64,000 bases of DNA, taken from Bacteroidota bacterium (GTDB lineage Bacteria; Bacteroidota; Ignavibacteria; Kapaibacteriales; UBA2268). The DNA lies in contig JAJXYC010000009.1 in the NCBI GenBank assembly GCA_021780815.1, positions 31,157-95,156 on the forward strand, in the 5' to 3' direction. Under the pieces are notes generated by a model. The model did no database searches. It had not been told where the DNA came from and saw nothing but the letters and a program-made list of their open reading frames with translations. Every line of letters begins with the position of its first letter. The stretch's first letter is position 1. Positions 30,186 to 40,815 of the stretch are shown piece by piece. A program made the position numbers and the translations under genes.

Positions 30186-31193
30186 ATGGAAAACGAAAGA
30201 AATTACAAACCATATAAAAAATATATTAATAAAGAACATATAAATAGTTCTGAGAAAAGTATTTATTTGTCAATAATAGTTCCACTCCTAAATGAAGAAG
30301 AATCACTTCCAGAATTAGTTTTACAAATAGAAGAAGTTATGGAAAAATCCAATATAAGGGATTATGAAATAATATTTGTTGATGATGGTTCTATTGACAA
30401 TTCATTTGAAACTATAAAAAAATTAAAACAGACCAATTCGAATATACATTGTATTAGATTTAGACGGAATTATGGGAAATCTGCCGCATTATCTGTAGCA
30501 TTTGAATCGGCGAAAGGAAGAGTTGTTGTTACAATGGATGCAGATTTACAAGATGACCCGAAAGAGATTCCTAACTTAATTGATAAACTTAACCTTGGGT
30601 ATGATTTAGTCTCTGGTTGGAAAAAGAAGAGATACGACCCAATTTCCAAGACACTCCCCTCAAAATTATTCAATTATGTTACGTCAAAAGTAACGGGAGT
30701 GAGATTGCATGATTTTAACTGTGGATTGAAGGCATACCGTAAATCCGTTGTTAAAAATGTACACGTTTACGGAGAAATGCACAGGTACATTCCTGCATTA
30801 GCACATCTTGATGGGTTTAAAGTTGCTGAAATACCTGTACAACATCATAAAAGGAAATATGGTAAGACAAAATTTGGATTATCTCGTTTTATTTATGGAT
30901 TCTTAGATTTGCTAACAGTGTTAGTGACAGTTAAATATATGAAACGACCTTTGCATTTTTTTGGGTCTGTTGGTTCATTACTTACTTTGATTGGTTTAAT
31001 TGTTGATATTGTGTTATCTGTCCATTGGTTTATGGGTGATAAAAATTTAAGTAATCGTCCATTACTTTGGTTTGGTATAGCGTCAATTATAGTTGGTGTC
31101 CAGTTTATTTCTATTGGGCTTATTGGCGAATTAATGACCAAGCATCAAATGATGAATAATAAAAATCTTTATAATATTTCTGAAAAATTTTAA
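30186..31193 (+). CDS. Family 2 glycosyltransferase (polyprenyl-phosphate sugar transferase, GtrB/DPM1-like) with C-terminal TM helices
   Basis: 335 aa. GT2 motifs (LSIIVPLLNEEESL, IIFVDDGSIDNS, TMDADLQDDP) and two C-terminal transmembrane segments as in GtrB/ArnC. Confidence 0.8.
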   Translation: MENERNYKPYKKYINKEHINSSEKSIYLSIIVPLLNEEESLPELVLQIEEVMEKSNIRDYEIIFVDDGSIDNSFETIKKLKQTNSNIHCIRFRRNYGKSAALSVAFESAKGRVVVTMDADLQDDPKEIPNLIDKLNLGYDLVSGWKKKRYDPISKTLPSKLFNYVTSKVTGVRLHDFNCGLKAYRKSVVKNVHVYGEMHRYIPALAHLDGFKVAEIPVQHHKRKYGKTKFGLSRFIYGFLDLLTVLVTVKYMKRPLHFFGSVGSLLTLIGLIVDIVLSVHWFMGDKNLSNRPLLWFGIASIIVGVQFISIGLIGELMTKHQMMNNKNLYNISEKF

Positions 31194-31199
31194 TTTCTT

Positions 31200-31940
31200 A
31201 TGAAAAAAAACATAATCACTATAACAATCTTTTTGTTTTTTGTTGGCATAGTCAATGCACAGACATTTAAAAACACGTCTATCGCCATCGGGTTAACAAC
31301 TACAACCATTATGGGGAATAACCCTGCTTCTAAATCTATTTTCCCTTCTTCAAATGCAGACCCTATAATAATTGGTGGTGGATTCTACGGTGCACAGCCC
31401 GGTTTAGAAGTAAGAATCACTGTCCCTATTGATGAAGATAATAGGTGGAGAATTCCTTTTGGGTTTGATAACCAGTTCTTTTCTGCGACAGAAAGAGTTC
31501 CCGAAGGTGCAAATATTGAAGATAGGGTTTCCCATACTTTAAATATCCTTACTCCATACGTTGGTGTTAGCTATGTTTTGCAAGATTTGAAGTATTTAAA
31601 AGCGAAAACTTATGTAAGTTTAGAGTTTACAACTTCCATGATACAAAATATTGATTATAGATTAACAAGGAATTATTTCTTCCTTAATCAATTAGATACA
31701 ACCGCTGTATTTCCTACAAAAGGTAATACAATAAGGTATGGCGGATTAATACGGGCAGGTGTAGAAGGGTATTTATTCTATCCTTTACAAATTAATGCAA
31801 GTGTTGGATTTACTTTGGTTAATGCGTTAGGACGAGATAATCAACGAAGCGAATTGCTTACTCCAACTCACTATCTTGAAACGAGAGAATCTTATCTTTG
31901 GAATTTCGTAATTTCGTTCCTCTTTCAATATACTATATAA
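31200..31940 (+). CDS. Hypothetical outer-membrane beta-barrel-like protein
   Basis: 246 aa with a signal peptide (ITITIFLFFVGIVNAQ). Alternating hydrophobic pattern and aromatic C-terminal residue typical of small OM beta-barrels. Confidence 0.35.
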   Translation: MKKNIITITIFLFFVGIVNAQTFKNTSIAIGLTTTTIMGNNPASKSIFPSSNADPIIIGGGFYGAQPGLEVRITVPIDEDNRWRIPFGFDNQFFSATERVPEGANIEDRVSHTLNILTPYVGVSYVLQDLKYLKAKTYVSLEFTTSMIQNIDYRLTRNYFFLNQLDTTAVFPTKGNTIRYGGLIRAGVEGYLFYPLQINASVGFTLVNALGRDNQRSELLTPTHYLETRESYLWNFVISFLFQYTI

Positions 31941-31990
31941 AATACAGTTGTTGAAGTTAACCAAATTATATACATAGAATAAAACAAAAA

Positions 31991-32030
31991 ATTCAATATA
32001 TCTTTTTTTAAGTTATATTGAATTTTTTTT
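31991..32030. terminator. Bidirectional intrinsic terminator between convergent OMP gene and alaS
   Basis: ATTCAATATA (13-nt loop) TATATTGAAT 10-bp stem, followed by T8 on the plus strand and preceded by A-run (T-run for the minus-strand transcript). Confidence 0.5.
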
Positions 32031-32049
32031 GTTAGTATTTAAATTAAAT

Positions 32050-34605
32050 TTATTTTTCAAAAATTAAATCAGGAAAAATATTTAAAAGTAAAGGTAATTT
32101 TTCAATATCTTTTCCACCGGCAGTAGCTAAATGTGGTTTTCCGCCACCACCACCATTCAAAAATCTGGCGGCTTTGCCTACTAATTTGCCAGCGGGATAT
32201 TGTGCCTTTAAATCATCAGTAACCACACAGCATAATTGAACTTTATCGTTATTTACAGATGCAAGCAATGCAATTGTATTCTTACTTGTTCTATTGCGTA
32301 TTTCATCGCCTATTGAACGTAATGCGTCTAAATCAGAATTTGCAATTTCTTTGGTTATGATATTTATCCCATTGATTTGCATCGATTGAGCAATAATATT
32401 TTCAGTATCAGAAGCAATTTCCTGCAATTTGATTGAATTTAAATTTTTTTCTAATTGTTTAATTTGACTTTTTAGGTTTTCTTTTTCTTTAATATTTTGT
32501 TCAATTTTATTGTTTAAATCAGATATATAATTTTCCAATTCAATGCTTGTAATAGCCTCAATTCTACGTACACCTGCGGCAATAGCTGATTCGGAAAGTA
32601 TTTTAAAAAATCCAATCTCGCTTGTATTTTTTATATGAGTGCCACCGCAAAGTTCTATTGAAAAATCCTCGTCCATAGTTACTGAACGAACAATATCTCC
32701 ATATTTGTCTCCGAAGAACATTTTTATTGATTGGTTGTTACGAGCTTGTTCAAGCGTCATTTCTTGGACTTTAACATCAATTGCTTCAAATATTTTCAAA
32801 TTAACAATGTGTTCAATTTCAGATAACTTATCAGCAGGAATTTTTTCAAAATGATTGAAATCGAAGCGAAGATAAGTTGATGTAACAAGAGAACCCGCTT
32901 GTTTAATGTGATTTCCAAGCACTCGCTTTAAAGCTTCGTGAAGGAGATGAGTTGCACTGTGATTTCTCATAATTTTATTTCTACGAGCAATATCTACCTT
33001 TGCTATGGCAACATCACCCACTTGTGCGCTGATTTCAGTATTGCAAATATGTATTCTTGCATTGCCTACTTTTTGAATATCTACGACATTATAAATAGTT
33101 CCATTAATTTCTAGAATACCTGTATCGGAAACTTGTCCACCACTTTCAGCATAAAATGGGGTTTTGTCTAAAATTACCTTGTTCTTTTCTACAAATAAAA
33201 TCTTTGTTTTTGTAACGAATTCATTATATCCAGTAAATTCAGTAATAAAATTGCTATCTAATGAAATAACTTCTTCATTTGTTATTTTCCGTGCCTGTCT
33301 TGAACGTTCTCTTTGGTTAGCCATATTTTCATTAAAACCAGCAGAATCAACGTCAAACCCTTTTTCTCTTGCAATAAGTTGGGTTAAATCAAGTGGAAAT
33401 CCGAAAGTATCATAAAGCAAAAAGGCATCTTCGCCTGAAATGATATTTAAATTTTGAGATTTTATATTATTTAAAATATCATCAAATTTGGCAAGTCCAC
33501 GTTCTAATGTAGCAAGGAAATTTTCTTCTTCGGCTTTAATTACACGTGAAATTGTATTTTGTTCGTGAACAATTTCAGGGAAAACATCACCGAGAGTAGA
33601 AATAAGAGTAGGCAATAATTTATAAATCATAGGCTCTTTAAACCCAAGATTGCGAGAATATCTTGAAGCTCTTCTTAAAATTCGTCTTAGCACATAACTT
33701 CTGCCTTCATTGCCGGGTAAAGCACCGTCAGCAATAGCAAAAGATAAAGTGCGAATATGGTCTGCAATAACTCTCATTGCGATGCTATCAGAGTTATTAA
33801 GTTCATTTGTATATTTTTTCCCTGATAGCTCTGAAATATGATTAATTAATGGCATAAAAACATCGGTTTCGTAGTTAGATTGCTTATTTTGAATAACAGA
33901 AACAATTCGTTCGAACCCCATTCCTGTATCAACGTGTTTTGCTTTAAGTGGTTCCAATTCACCATTTAAATTGCGGTTATATTGAATGAAAACTAAATTC
34001 CAAATTTCAATTACATCAGGTGACCCCATATTAACCAATTTCGCCCCGGATAAATCGGGAGTTTTATCAAAATGAATTTCACTGCAAGGACCACAAGGAC
34101 CAGTTTCGCCCATTTCCCAAAAATTATCTTTTTCGTTAAATCTTTGTATTTGATTTTCAGGCAAATATTTTTTCCAAATATTGAATGCTTCATCATCAGT
34201 GCGGAAAACAGTAGCATATAATCTTTCTTTTGGTAACTTCCATACTTCGGTGAGCAATTCCCAAGCCCAAAGAATGGCTTCTTCTTTGTAATAATCACCA
34301 AAGCTCCAATTGCCAAGCATCTCAAAAAAAGTATGGTGATATGTATCAACACCAACTTCTTCCAAATCGTTGTGTTTACCGCTTACACGGATACATTTTT
34401 GAGTATCAACTGCCCTTTTATAATCTCTTTCACCAGTTCCTAGAAAAACATCTTTGAATTGATTCATTCCCGCATTTGTAAATAATAATGTAGGATCGCC
34501 GTGAGGGACAACTGGTGCTGATGGTACAACTCTATGTCCTTTCGATTGGAAAAAATCTAAAAAAGATTGTCTAATTTCCTTTGCAGTAAAAATATTATTA
34601 TTCAT
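32050..34605 (-). CDS. alaS: Alanine--tRNA ligase
   Basis: 851 aa. Class II aaRS catalytic core, editing domain HxxxH/CxxxH, C-terminal DHHA1-like GGGGGKPHLATAGG. Confidence 0.95.
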   Translation of the reverse strand: MNNNIFTAKEIRQSFLDFFQSKGHRVVPSAPVVPHGDPTLLFTNAGMNQFKDVFLGTGERDYKRAVDTQKCIRVSGKHNDLEEVGVDTYHHTFFEMLGNWSFGDYYKEEAILWAWELLTEVWKLPKERLYATVFRTDDEAFNIWKKYLPENQIQRFNEKDNFWEMGETGPCGPCSEIHFDKTPDLSGAKLVNMGSPDVIEIWNLVFIQYNRNLNGELEPLKAKHVDTGMGFERIVSVIQNKQSNYETDVFMPLINHISELSGKKYTNELNNSDSIAMRVIADHIRTLSFAIADGALPGNEGRSYVLRRILRRASRYSRNLGFKEPMIYKLLPTLISTLGDVFPEIVHEQNTISRVIKAEEENFLATLERGLAKFDDILNNIKSQNLNIISGEDAFLLYDTFGFPLDLTQLIAREKGFDVDSAGFNENMANQRERSRQARKITNEEVISLDSNFITEFTGYNEFVTKTKILFVEKNKVILDKTPFYAESGGQVSDTGILEINGTIYNVVDIQKVGNARIHICNTEISAQVGDVAIAKVDIARRNKIMRNHSATHLLHEALKRVLGNHIKQAGSLVTSTYLRFDFNHFEKIPADKLSEIEHIVNLKIFEAIDVKVQEMTLEQARNNQSIKMFFGDKYGDIVRSVTMDEDFSIELCGGTHIKNTSEIGFFKILSESAIAAGVRRIEAITSIELENYISDLNNKIEQNIKEKENLKSQIKQLEKNLNSIKLQEIASDTENIIAQSMQINGINIITKEIANSDLDALRSIGDEIRNRTSKNTIALLASVNNDKVQLCCVVTDDLKAQYPAGKLVGKAARFLNGGGGGKPHLATAGGKDIEKLPLLLNIFPDLIFEK

Positions 34606-34706
34606 TTGAAAATATAAATTTGATAAAATACAAAATTAAGAAATGTAAGGAGTTATAAAGATAAAAAAATATAAAAAAGGGATTTATTTGTGTGTAAGAT
34701 TAAAGA

Positions 34707-35738
34707 TTACCAAAGTTCATGTCTAAATTTTCGGGTCATTAATTGATTTAAAGCATCTGTTGGATTTAAATTTTCAAAAAGAATTTGATAAACTTTTTCA
34801 ACAATAGGCATATCAACATCGTGTTTTTTTGCTAATGCAAAAGTAGATTTTGTTGTTTCTATACCTTCGGCAACCATTTGCATCTGCTTAATAATGTCAT
34901 TGAGACTTTTGCCTTGTCCTATTAATTCGCCAATTTTGCGGTTACGAGAATGCTGACTATTACAAGTTACAATTAAATCACCCAGCCCAGAAAGTCCTGA
35001 TAAAGTTAAAGAATTTGCACCTAAAGCCACAGAAAGGCGAGTCATTTCAGCAAGTCCTCTTGTAATTAAAGCGGCTTTGGTATTGTCACCAAACTGCAAT
35101 CCGTCAATTATGCCTGCCGCTATTGCTATTACATTTTTAACTGAACCGCCAAGCTCACAGCCTACTATATCTTGTGAGGTGTATACTCTAAAATAGTTAT
35201 TAGACAGCAATATTTGAATAAATCTTGCAAAACCTATCTCTTCCGAAGATGTTACTACTGTTGTTGGCTGTTGCAACCCTACTTCTTCTGCATGACTTGG
35301 ACCTGTCAAGATTGCATAATCGTCGGTGTTTACATTCAATTCGTAAAATATTTCTGAACAACGTAAAAGTGAATTTACCTCAATTCCTTTTGCTAAATTT
35401 AAGACTTTTTTATTAGTTAGATTAATTTTACTGTTGTTAAATGTTGCTCTAATAAATTGGGTTGGGATTGCAGAAATAAAGAAGTTCTGATTTTCAATAA
35501 TATTAATATCAGAAAATGCTGAAATATTATGATGTAGTTGAACATCAGGTAAATATGTTGAATTACAATGTCTTATGTTTATATTAGCAGCAGTTTCTTC
35601 TTCGAAAGCCCAGAGTTTTACTTTAAATTTATTTTCGGCTAAAACATTAGAAATTGCAGTTCCCCAGCCACCAGCACCTATTACGAAAATTTCATTATTA
35701 ATGATTAATTCATCAAGATATTTCTTGAATAAATCCAT
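34707..35738 (-). CDS. gpsA: NAD(P)H-dependent glycerol-3-phosphate dehydrogenase
   Basis: 343 aa. N-terminal Rossmann IFVIGAGGWGTAIS and the GpsA family pattern. Confidence 0.9.
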   Translation of the reverse strand: MDLFKKYLDELIINNEIFVIGAGGWGTAISNVLAENKFKVKLWAFEEETAANINIRHCNSTYLPDVQLHHNISAFSDINIIENQNFFISAIPTQFIRATFNNSKINLTNKKVLNLAKGIEVNSLLRCSEIFYELNVNTDDYAILTGPSHAEEVGLQQPTTVVTSSEEIGFARFIQILLSNNYFRVYTSQDIVGCELGGSVKNVIAIAAGIIDGLQFGDNTKAALITRGLAEMTRLSVALGANSLTLSGLSGLGDLIVTCNSQHSRNRKIGELIGQGKSLNDIIKQMQMVAEGIETTKSTFALAKKHDVDMPIVEKVYQILFENLNPTDALNQLMTRKFRHELW

Positions 35739-35743
35739 AAGAT

Positions 35744-36442
35744 TTAGACTTTTGGCTGAAAGAATTTAATTTTAACTAATTGTAATTTAGCAAAGTGATG
35801 TTCACGACCTTCGAGTAATCTTTTAATATTGACTCTATGAGTATAAATTACAACAATACTTAAGATAATGAAAGCATAAATAAGGAAATGATAACCGTGA
35901 ATATTAATTCCAAAAATATTATAGCGGACGAACAAAGTAGAAGGAACTGCTATTCCTGCGAGAATTGAGCCAAGTGATACGTAACCTGAAAGGAATAATA
36001 TAATCAGGAACACACCAACAGCAATTGCTACTTCAATGGGAGCAATTGCCAGGAGCATTCCTAAAGCAGTATTAATACCTTTACCACCTTTAAAGTTAGC
36101 AAAAACAGTAAATATATGTCCTAAAACAGCGGTAAAACCTGCGACAAACTTAATTATAGTTATATCTTGAAATACATTTATTACGTTAGGAAAAGTAATG
36201 CTTTTACCTAATTCGGTAGCAATAAATACAGCCGCTACGCCTTTTAGTATATCTAGTAATTGAACTATTATGCCCCACTTTACCCCAAGAATTCGGAAAA
36301 CATTTGTGCTTCCCATATTCCCACTGCCTTTTGTACGTATATCAAAACCGAAAAACTTTTTGCTGATAATTATTCCCCAAGGTATTGAGCCTAATAAATA
36401 AGATATTGCTAAAATTAATATAAACATTCCAATTGTATTCAT
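35744..36442 (-). CDS. plsY: Glycerol-3-phosphate acyltransferase PlsY
   Basis: 232 aa polytopic membrane protein. GSGNMGSTNVFR motif. Adjacent to gpsA as commonly found. Confidence 0.85.
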   Translation of the reverse strand: MNTIGMFILILAISYLLGSIPWGIIISKKFFGFDIRTKGSGNMGSTNVFRILGVKWGIIVQLLDILKGVAAVFIATELGKSITFPNVINVFQDITIIKFVAGFTAVLGHIFTVFANFKGGKGINTALGMLLAIAPIEVAIAVGVFLIILFLSGYVSLGSILAGIAVPSTLFVRYNIFGINIHGYHFLIYAFIILSIVVIYTHRVNIKRLLEGREHHFAKLQLVKIKFFQPKV

Positions 36443-36582
36443 TTTGTTATTGTTATTAATGTAAGTTAAAAAATTAAAAATTATTGTTTATTGTTTTGAA
36501 AAAGACAAAATTAAGCAAATACTTTGAATAATCAAATAATCAAGAATAATTTGTCAATAAAGGTCATCTGTATTAATCATAG

Positions 36583-38607
36583 TTATTTTCTAACAGATTT
36601 TAAAGCAAAGTTGTAAAATTCGTTAAAATTCCGTGTAAATGTTTCTGTTGCAATAACGTTACCATCAGGAGACAAAATAACATATAAAGGTAATTCGATA
36701 GAGCCAAATTTATCTTGTTGATATTTTTTATTGGAAATATAAGGTTCTTGCAATCTATCTGTGTATAATCTAACATTGACTGATTTAGACAGAATATCAA
36801 TGATTTCTGGTTTTTTGAAGGCATTTTGCTCCATCCAACGGCAATTTGTGCAAGTAAAGCCAGTGAAGTCTACAAATACATTTTTGTTTTCCTTTTTTGC
36901 AATTTCAAGTCCTTTATTTAAATTGTCTAACCATTGTGTTTGAACTTCCGTTGCTTCGTTTGTTCCAGTTGAAGGAATAATTGAAGCAGTTTTCACACCG
37001 TGTGCCGCATCCATAATTTGTTGGTATTCAGCAGGAGGTAAAAAAGCATCTAATTCTCCTAATGGTTTTCCAATTAAGCCTACAAAAAGGTAAAAAGCAA
37101 CTGATGCAAAAAACATTGCAAAAATTGCTCTTGGTGTTCCAACGCTTTCAACTGCTGTATCGTGTGGGAATTTATATAATCCAAGAATATACAAAGTGAT
37201 TAAAAATGCTATTCCAATCCAAATTGCGATGAAAAATTCTTTTGGTAAAATTCCAAGTGCTAAAACTAAATCGGCATTGCTTAAAAATTTCATAGCAGCA
37301 GCAATTTCAAGGAATCCCATAATTACTTTTACATTATTCATCCAACCACCAGATTTTGGCATCTTTTTGATAAAAGATGGGAATAATGCTAATAAGAAAA
37401 ATGGAGCAGCAAATACAGCTGAAAATGCTAACATTCCAATTACTGGGTAAAACCATTCGCCACCACTTGCTGAAATTAAGGCTGAACCAACAAAAGGCAC
37501 TGTGCAAGTAAATGATGTCAAAGAAAATGTTAATGACATCAATAATACACTTAGTATTCCAGAACTTTGATTGCTCTTTGTATTTAATATATTTAAAAGA
37601 CCTGTTGGCAACTGGATTTCAAATGCTCCAAAAAGATTAAAAGCAAAAGCAACAAAAATTACTGCTATAAATAAATTTACCCAAGCATTTGAAGCAAAAT
37701 CACGTATTCCTGTTGCTCCAAAAATTAATGCAAGTAAAAATCCAAGTGCAGTAAAAGTTAATATTATACCTAATGCATAGACTGAGGAATCCCGTAAAGA
37801 TTTTCCTTTAGCATTTTCTTTTTCAGATCTTTTAGTGAAAAATGAAACTGTTATTGGTACCATCGGGAAAACACAAGGTGTTAGTAAAGCTAATGCTCCG
37901 GCGGACATCGCAAACCAAACAAATGAAAATACTCCTTGTTTTTTTTCTTTTTCTATTTCTGTTTGTGAACTTGTTGTCAATTGCTTGTTATTATTGATAT
38001 TTTCGTTTTGTTCAGGTTTTGGTGTTGAATTATTGGTTGTTGCTTGAGTAACAATATTTGCACTATCTTGGTTTGATTGCAACTCATTTTGATTATTATC
38101 ACTAAATGTTAAAGTACTTTTATATGGTTTATTTGAAACAACAACATAATAATTATCAGGTGGCAAACAACTTACCGAATCACAAAATTGCATTACGAAG
38201 GAAAATTTTAGTTGATTTTTTGTAAAATCTATATCTTTTAAAGCTTTCATAGGTATTTCAATTTCGAATTGATCTTTATAGTATTCAATTTTCATATTGA
38301 AGCCCGCATCATTTTTTATATGAGGTTGGTCGGCTTTAATTTTTCCATTAATTTTTGCTAATGTTGGTGTTTCTACTTTAACTTCTGTTTGAGTAGGACC
38401 AATACCATCAGCACTTACCTGTTTCTTTAATGAGTATGTGTAATATCTTTTATCAATTTTGAAATGAACTTTTACTCCAAAAGATTCACCTTGCTTCACT
38501 GTTAAAGCCGAAGGATAAGCGGTCATTTTAATGATATTCTTTTGTGCAAAAGTTAGGTTAAAACTAACAAAAATCAATAGTAAGAGAAATAAATTAAATT
38601 TTTTCAT
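36583..38607 (-). CDS. dsbD: Thiol:disulfide interchange protein DsbD
   Basis: 674 aa. Periplasmic N-domain, central multi-TM core with CVFPMVP Cys pair, C-terminal thioredoxin-like domain with CTNC active site. Confidence 0.75.
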   Translation of the reverse strand: MKKFNLFLLLLIFVSFNLTFAQKNIIKMTAYPSALTVKQGESFGVKVHFKIDKRYYTYSLKKQVSADGIGPTQTEVKVETPTLAKINGKIKADQPHIKNDAGFNMKIEYYKDQFEIEIPMKALKDIDFTKNQLKFSFVMQFCDSVSCLPPDNYYVVVSNKPYKSTLTFSDNNQNELQSNQDSANIVTQATTNNSTPKPEQNENINNNKQLTTSSQTEIEKEKKQGVFSFVWFAMSAGALALLTPCVFPMVPITVSFFTKRSEKENAKGKSLRDSSVYALGIILTFTALGFLLALIFGATGIRDFASNAWVNLFIAVIFVAFAFNLFGAFEIQLPTGLLNILNTKSNQSSGILSVLLMSLTFSLTSFTCTVPFVGSALISASGGEWFYPVIGMLAFSAVFAAPFFLLALFPSFIKKMPKSGGWMNNVKVIMGFLEIAAAMKFLSNADLVLALGILPKEFFIAIWIGIAFLITLYILGLYKFPHDTAVESVGTPRAIFAMFFASVAFYLFVGLIGKPLGELDAFLPPAEYQQIMDAAHGVKTASIIPSTGTNEATEVQTQWLDNLNKGLEIAKKENKNVFVDFTGFTCTNCRWMEQNAFKKPEIIDILSKSVNVRLYTDRLQEPYISNKKYQQDKFGSIELPLYVILSPDGNVIATETFTRNFNEFYNFALKSVRK

Positions 38608-38680
38608 ATTGGTTTATAAAATTAATTAAAAAAATAGTTTGAACAAAAAATTAAAAAAGGTTTAAATTATAAGTAAAAAA

Positions 38681-39712
38681 CTATTCGGTATCTCCTTGGA
38701 AATAATTAACGAGTCTTTGAATTTTAAATTTATCTTCATGGATAGGTTCATTCATCAAAACAGATTGTAAATTATCAGCCATAACTTTTGCTGGATTATA
38801 GCCGTAAGTTCTTAATAAATAATTTAAAGCGATAGCTTCGGAAATTACAGTAATGTTTTTCCCCGGGTAAATAGGCAATTTAACATAAGAGAGTTGAACG
38901 CCCATAACTTCGGCAAAAGAGGATTCTAATCCTGTACGTGTATAATCATCATTTGCATCATATTCAACTAATTCTACAATAATTTCAAGGCGTTTTTGGA
39001 AACGTACTGAACGAATACCGAACATCGCACGCACATCTATAATTCCAACACCCCGTATTTCCATAAAATGTTTTGCAATTCTAGTGCTTGTCCCCATAAT
39101 TGTTGCATCTTGCTTGTTTGTTAGCATAACAGAATCATCAGCTACAAGGCGATGACCACGTTCTACAAGGTCTAATGCAATCTCACTTTTCCCGATAGCA
39201 CTTTTCCCAACGAACAAAACTCCTACTCCGTGTATGTCAGTAAATGTGCCGTGAACTATCATCTGAGGGGCAAAATGGTCTATCAAAAAATCAGATAAGA
39301 TATCTCTAACAACTGTTATGTCTTTATCTGTTTTCAATATTGCTATATTTTCTTTTATCAAAAGTTCCAATAAGTAATTAGGAAGGGAATATGAACTTGT
39401 GATAATAATGCAAGGCACTTGCTTTTTGATTAAGTTTTGTATGGAAATAATTTGATTATCTATAGATAAACTTTCTAAATAATCTATTTCTTCTTTGGCA
39501 AAAATTTGTATCTGAGCTTTTGGCGAAGTATCTTCAATACCTGCTAAAAGAAATTGTGGCCTATATAGCAACTTTGTCTCAATACTATTCTCTAAACTTT
39601 TAATATCAGAAAGTACTTCAAATTTAATTTGTATTGCTTCTTCTTCTAAAATTTCTTTTACAAGTAATTGCTCTTTTACCAGTATCTGATTATTAGGAAA
39701 TTTCCAAACCAT
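38681..39712 (-). CDS. hprK: HPr kinase/phosphorylase
   Basis: 343 aa. Walker A GVLFVGKSAIGKSEIALDL and the HprK C-terminal capping pattern. Confidence 0.85.
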   Translation of the reverse strand: MVWKFPNNQILVKEQLLVKEILEEEAIQIKFEVLSDIKSLENSIETKLLYRPQFLLAGIEDTSPKAQIQIFAKEEIDYLESLSIDNQIISIQNLIKKQVPCIIITSSYSLPNYLLELLIKENIAILKTDKDITVVRDILSDFLIDHFAPQMIVHGTFTDIHGVGVLFVGKSAIGKSEIALDLVERGHRLVADDSVMLTNKQDATIMGTSTRIAKHFMEIRGVGIIDVRAMFGIRSVRFQKRLEIIVELVEYDANDDYTRTGLESSFAEVMGVQLSYVKLPIYPGKNITVISEAIALNYLLRTYGYNPAKVMADNLQSVLMNEPIHEDKFKIQRLVNYFQGDTE

Positions 39713-39978
39713 AAAGTTATTACTTTTTTACAAATACGAATTTAAGAAACCTGACTCAATAAATTTTAAAATTTAATTTTATTGTTTTTAAGGATTTTGA
39801 ACATATATAAACGTATATAACAAAAATATATTGAAATATTAAGATTTAGATAAATTTTGGGTAGGGATTTTAATGAAAATTAACATAATAAAAAATGAAA
39901 AATAGATAATTTCGTAAATATAAATAATAAGATTATTGTTTTCTGTAAATATTTAAAACAAACATTAACGAGGATTTT

Positions 39979-40815
39979 ATGGCTTGGTTTGTCCGTTCAA
40001 AACAAAATATTGAAGATGCTAAACCCGCATATATGCCAGACGGTCTTTGGACAAAGTGTCCAACTTGCGGTGAAATGATATATAAAAAGCAATTAGAAGA
40101 GAATTATTATGTGTGTTATAAATGTAATTATCATTTTAGAATTAGTGGATTTGATTATATTAATTATATAATTGATGAAAATACTTTTAAAGAAACACAT
40201 ACACAAATTAAATCTACTGACCCATTGCATTTTGAAGATACAAAGAAATATCCAGATAGATTAGAAGAAGCCTATAAAAAAACAAGTTTAAACGAGGCGG
40301 TAACAACAGGAATTGGCAAAGTTAATGGCAAAGAAATTTCAGTTGCAGTAATGAATTTTAATTTTATTGGTGGTAGTATGGGTTCGGTTGTTGGTGAAAA
40401 GATTTTTAGAGCGGCAAAAGATGCATTGCAAAAGAAGATTCCTTTTCTTATTATTTCGGCATCTGGTGGTGCGAGGATGCAAGAGGCAGCTTTATCTTTA
40501 ATGCAAATGCCTAAAACTGCTGCAATTATTGCTGAACTCGGTAATAATCAGATTCCTTACATTTCTTTATTAACAGACCCAACCACAGGTGGAGTTACTG
40601 CTTCTTTTGCTATGCTCGGAGATATTAATATTGCTGAACCTGGTGCTTTAATTGGTTTTGCTGGTCCGAGAGTTATTGAACAAACTATTCGTAAAAAATT
40701 ACCCCAAAATTTTCAAAGAACAGAAACTGTAATTGAAACGGGGTTTATTGATTTGATTGTTAGCAGACAAAATTTAAAAGAGCAACTTTTTAAAATAATT
40801 AATTGGTTCTCCTAA
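39979..40815 (+). CDS. accD: Acetyl-CoA carboxylase carboxyltransferase beta subunit
   Basis: 278 aa. N-terminal zinc ribbon CPTCGEMIYKKQLEENYYVCYKCNYHFR and the crotonase-like CT domain. Confidence 0.9.
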   Translation: MAWFVRSKQNIEDAKPAYMPDGLWTKCPTCGEMIYKKQLEENYYVCYKCNYHFRISGFDYINYIIDENTFKETHTQIKSTDPLHFEDTKKYPDRLEEAYKKTSLNEAVTTGIGKVNGKEISVAVMNFNFIGGSMGSVVGEKIFRAAKDALQKKIPFLIISASGGARMQEAALSLMQMPKTAAIIAELGNNQIPYISLLTDPTTGGVTASFAMLGDINIAEPGALIGFAGPRVIEQTIRKKLPQNFQRTETVIETGFIDLIVSRQNLKEQLFKIINWFS

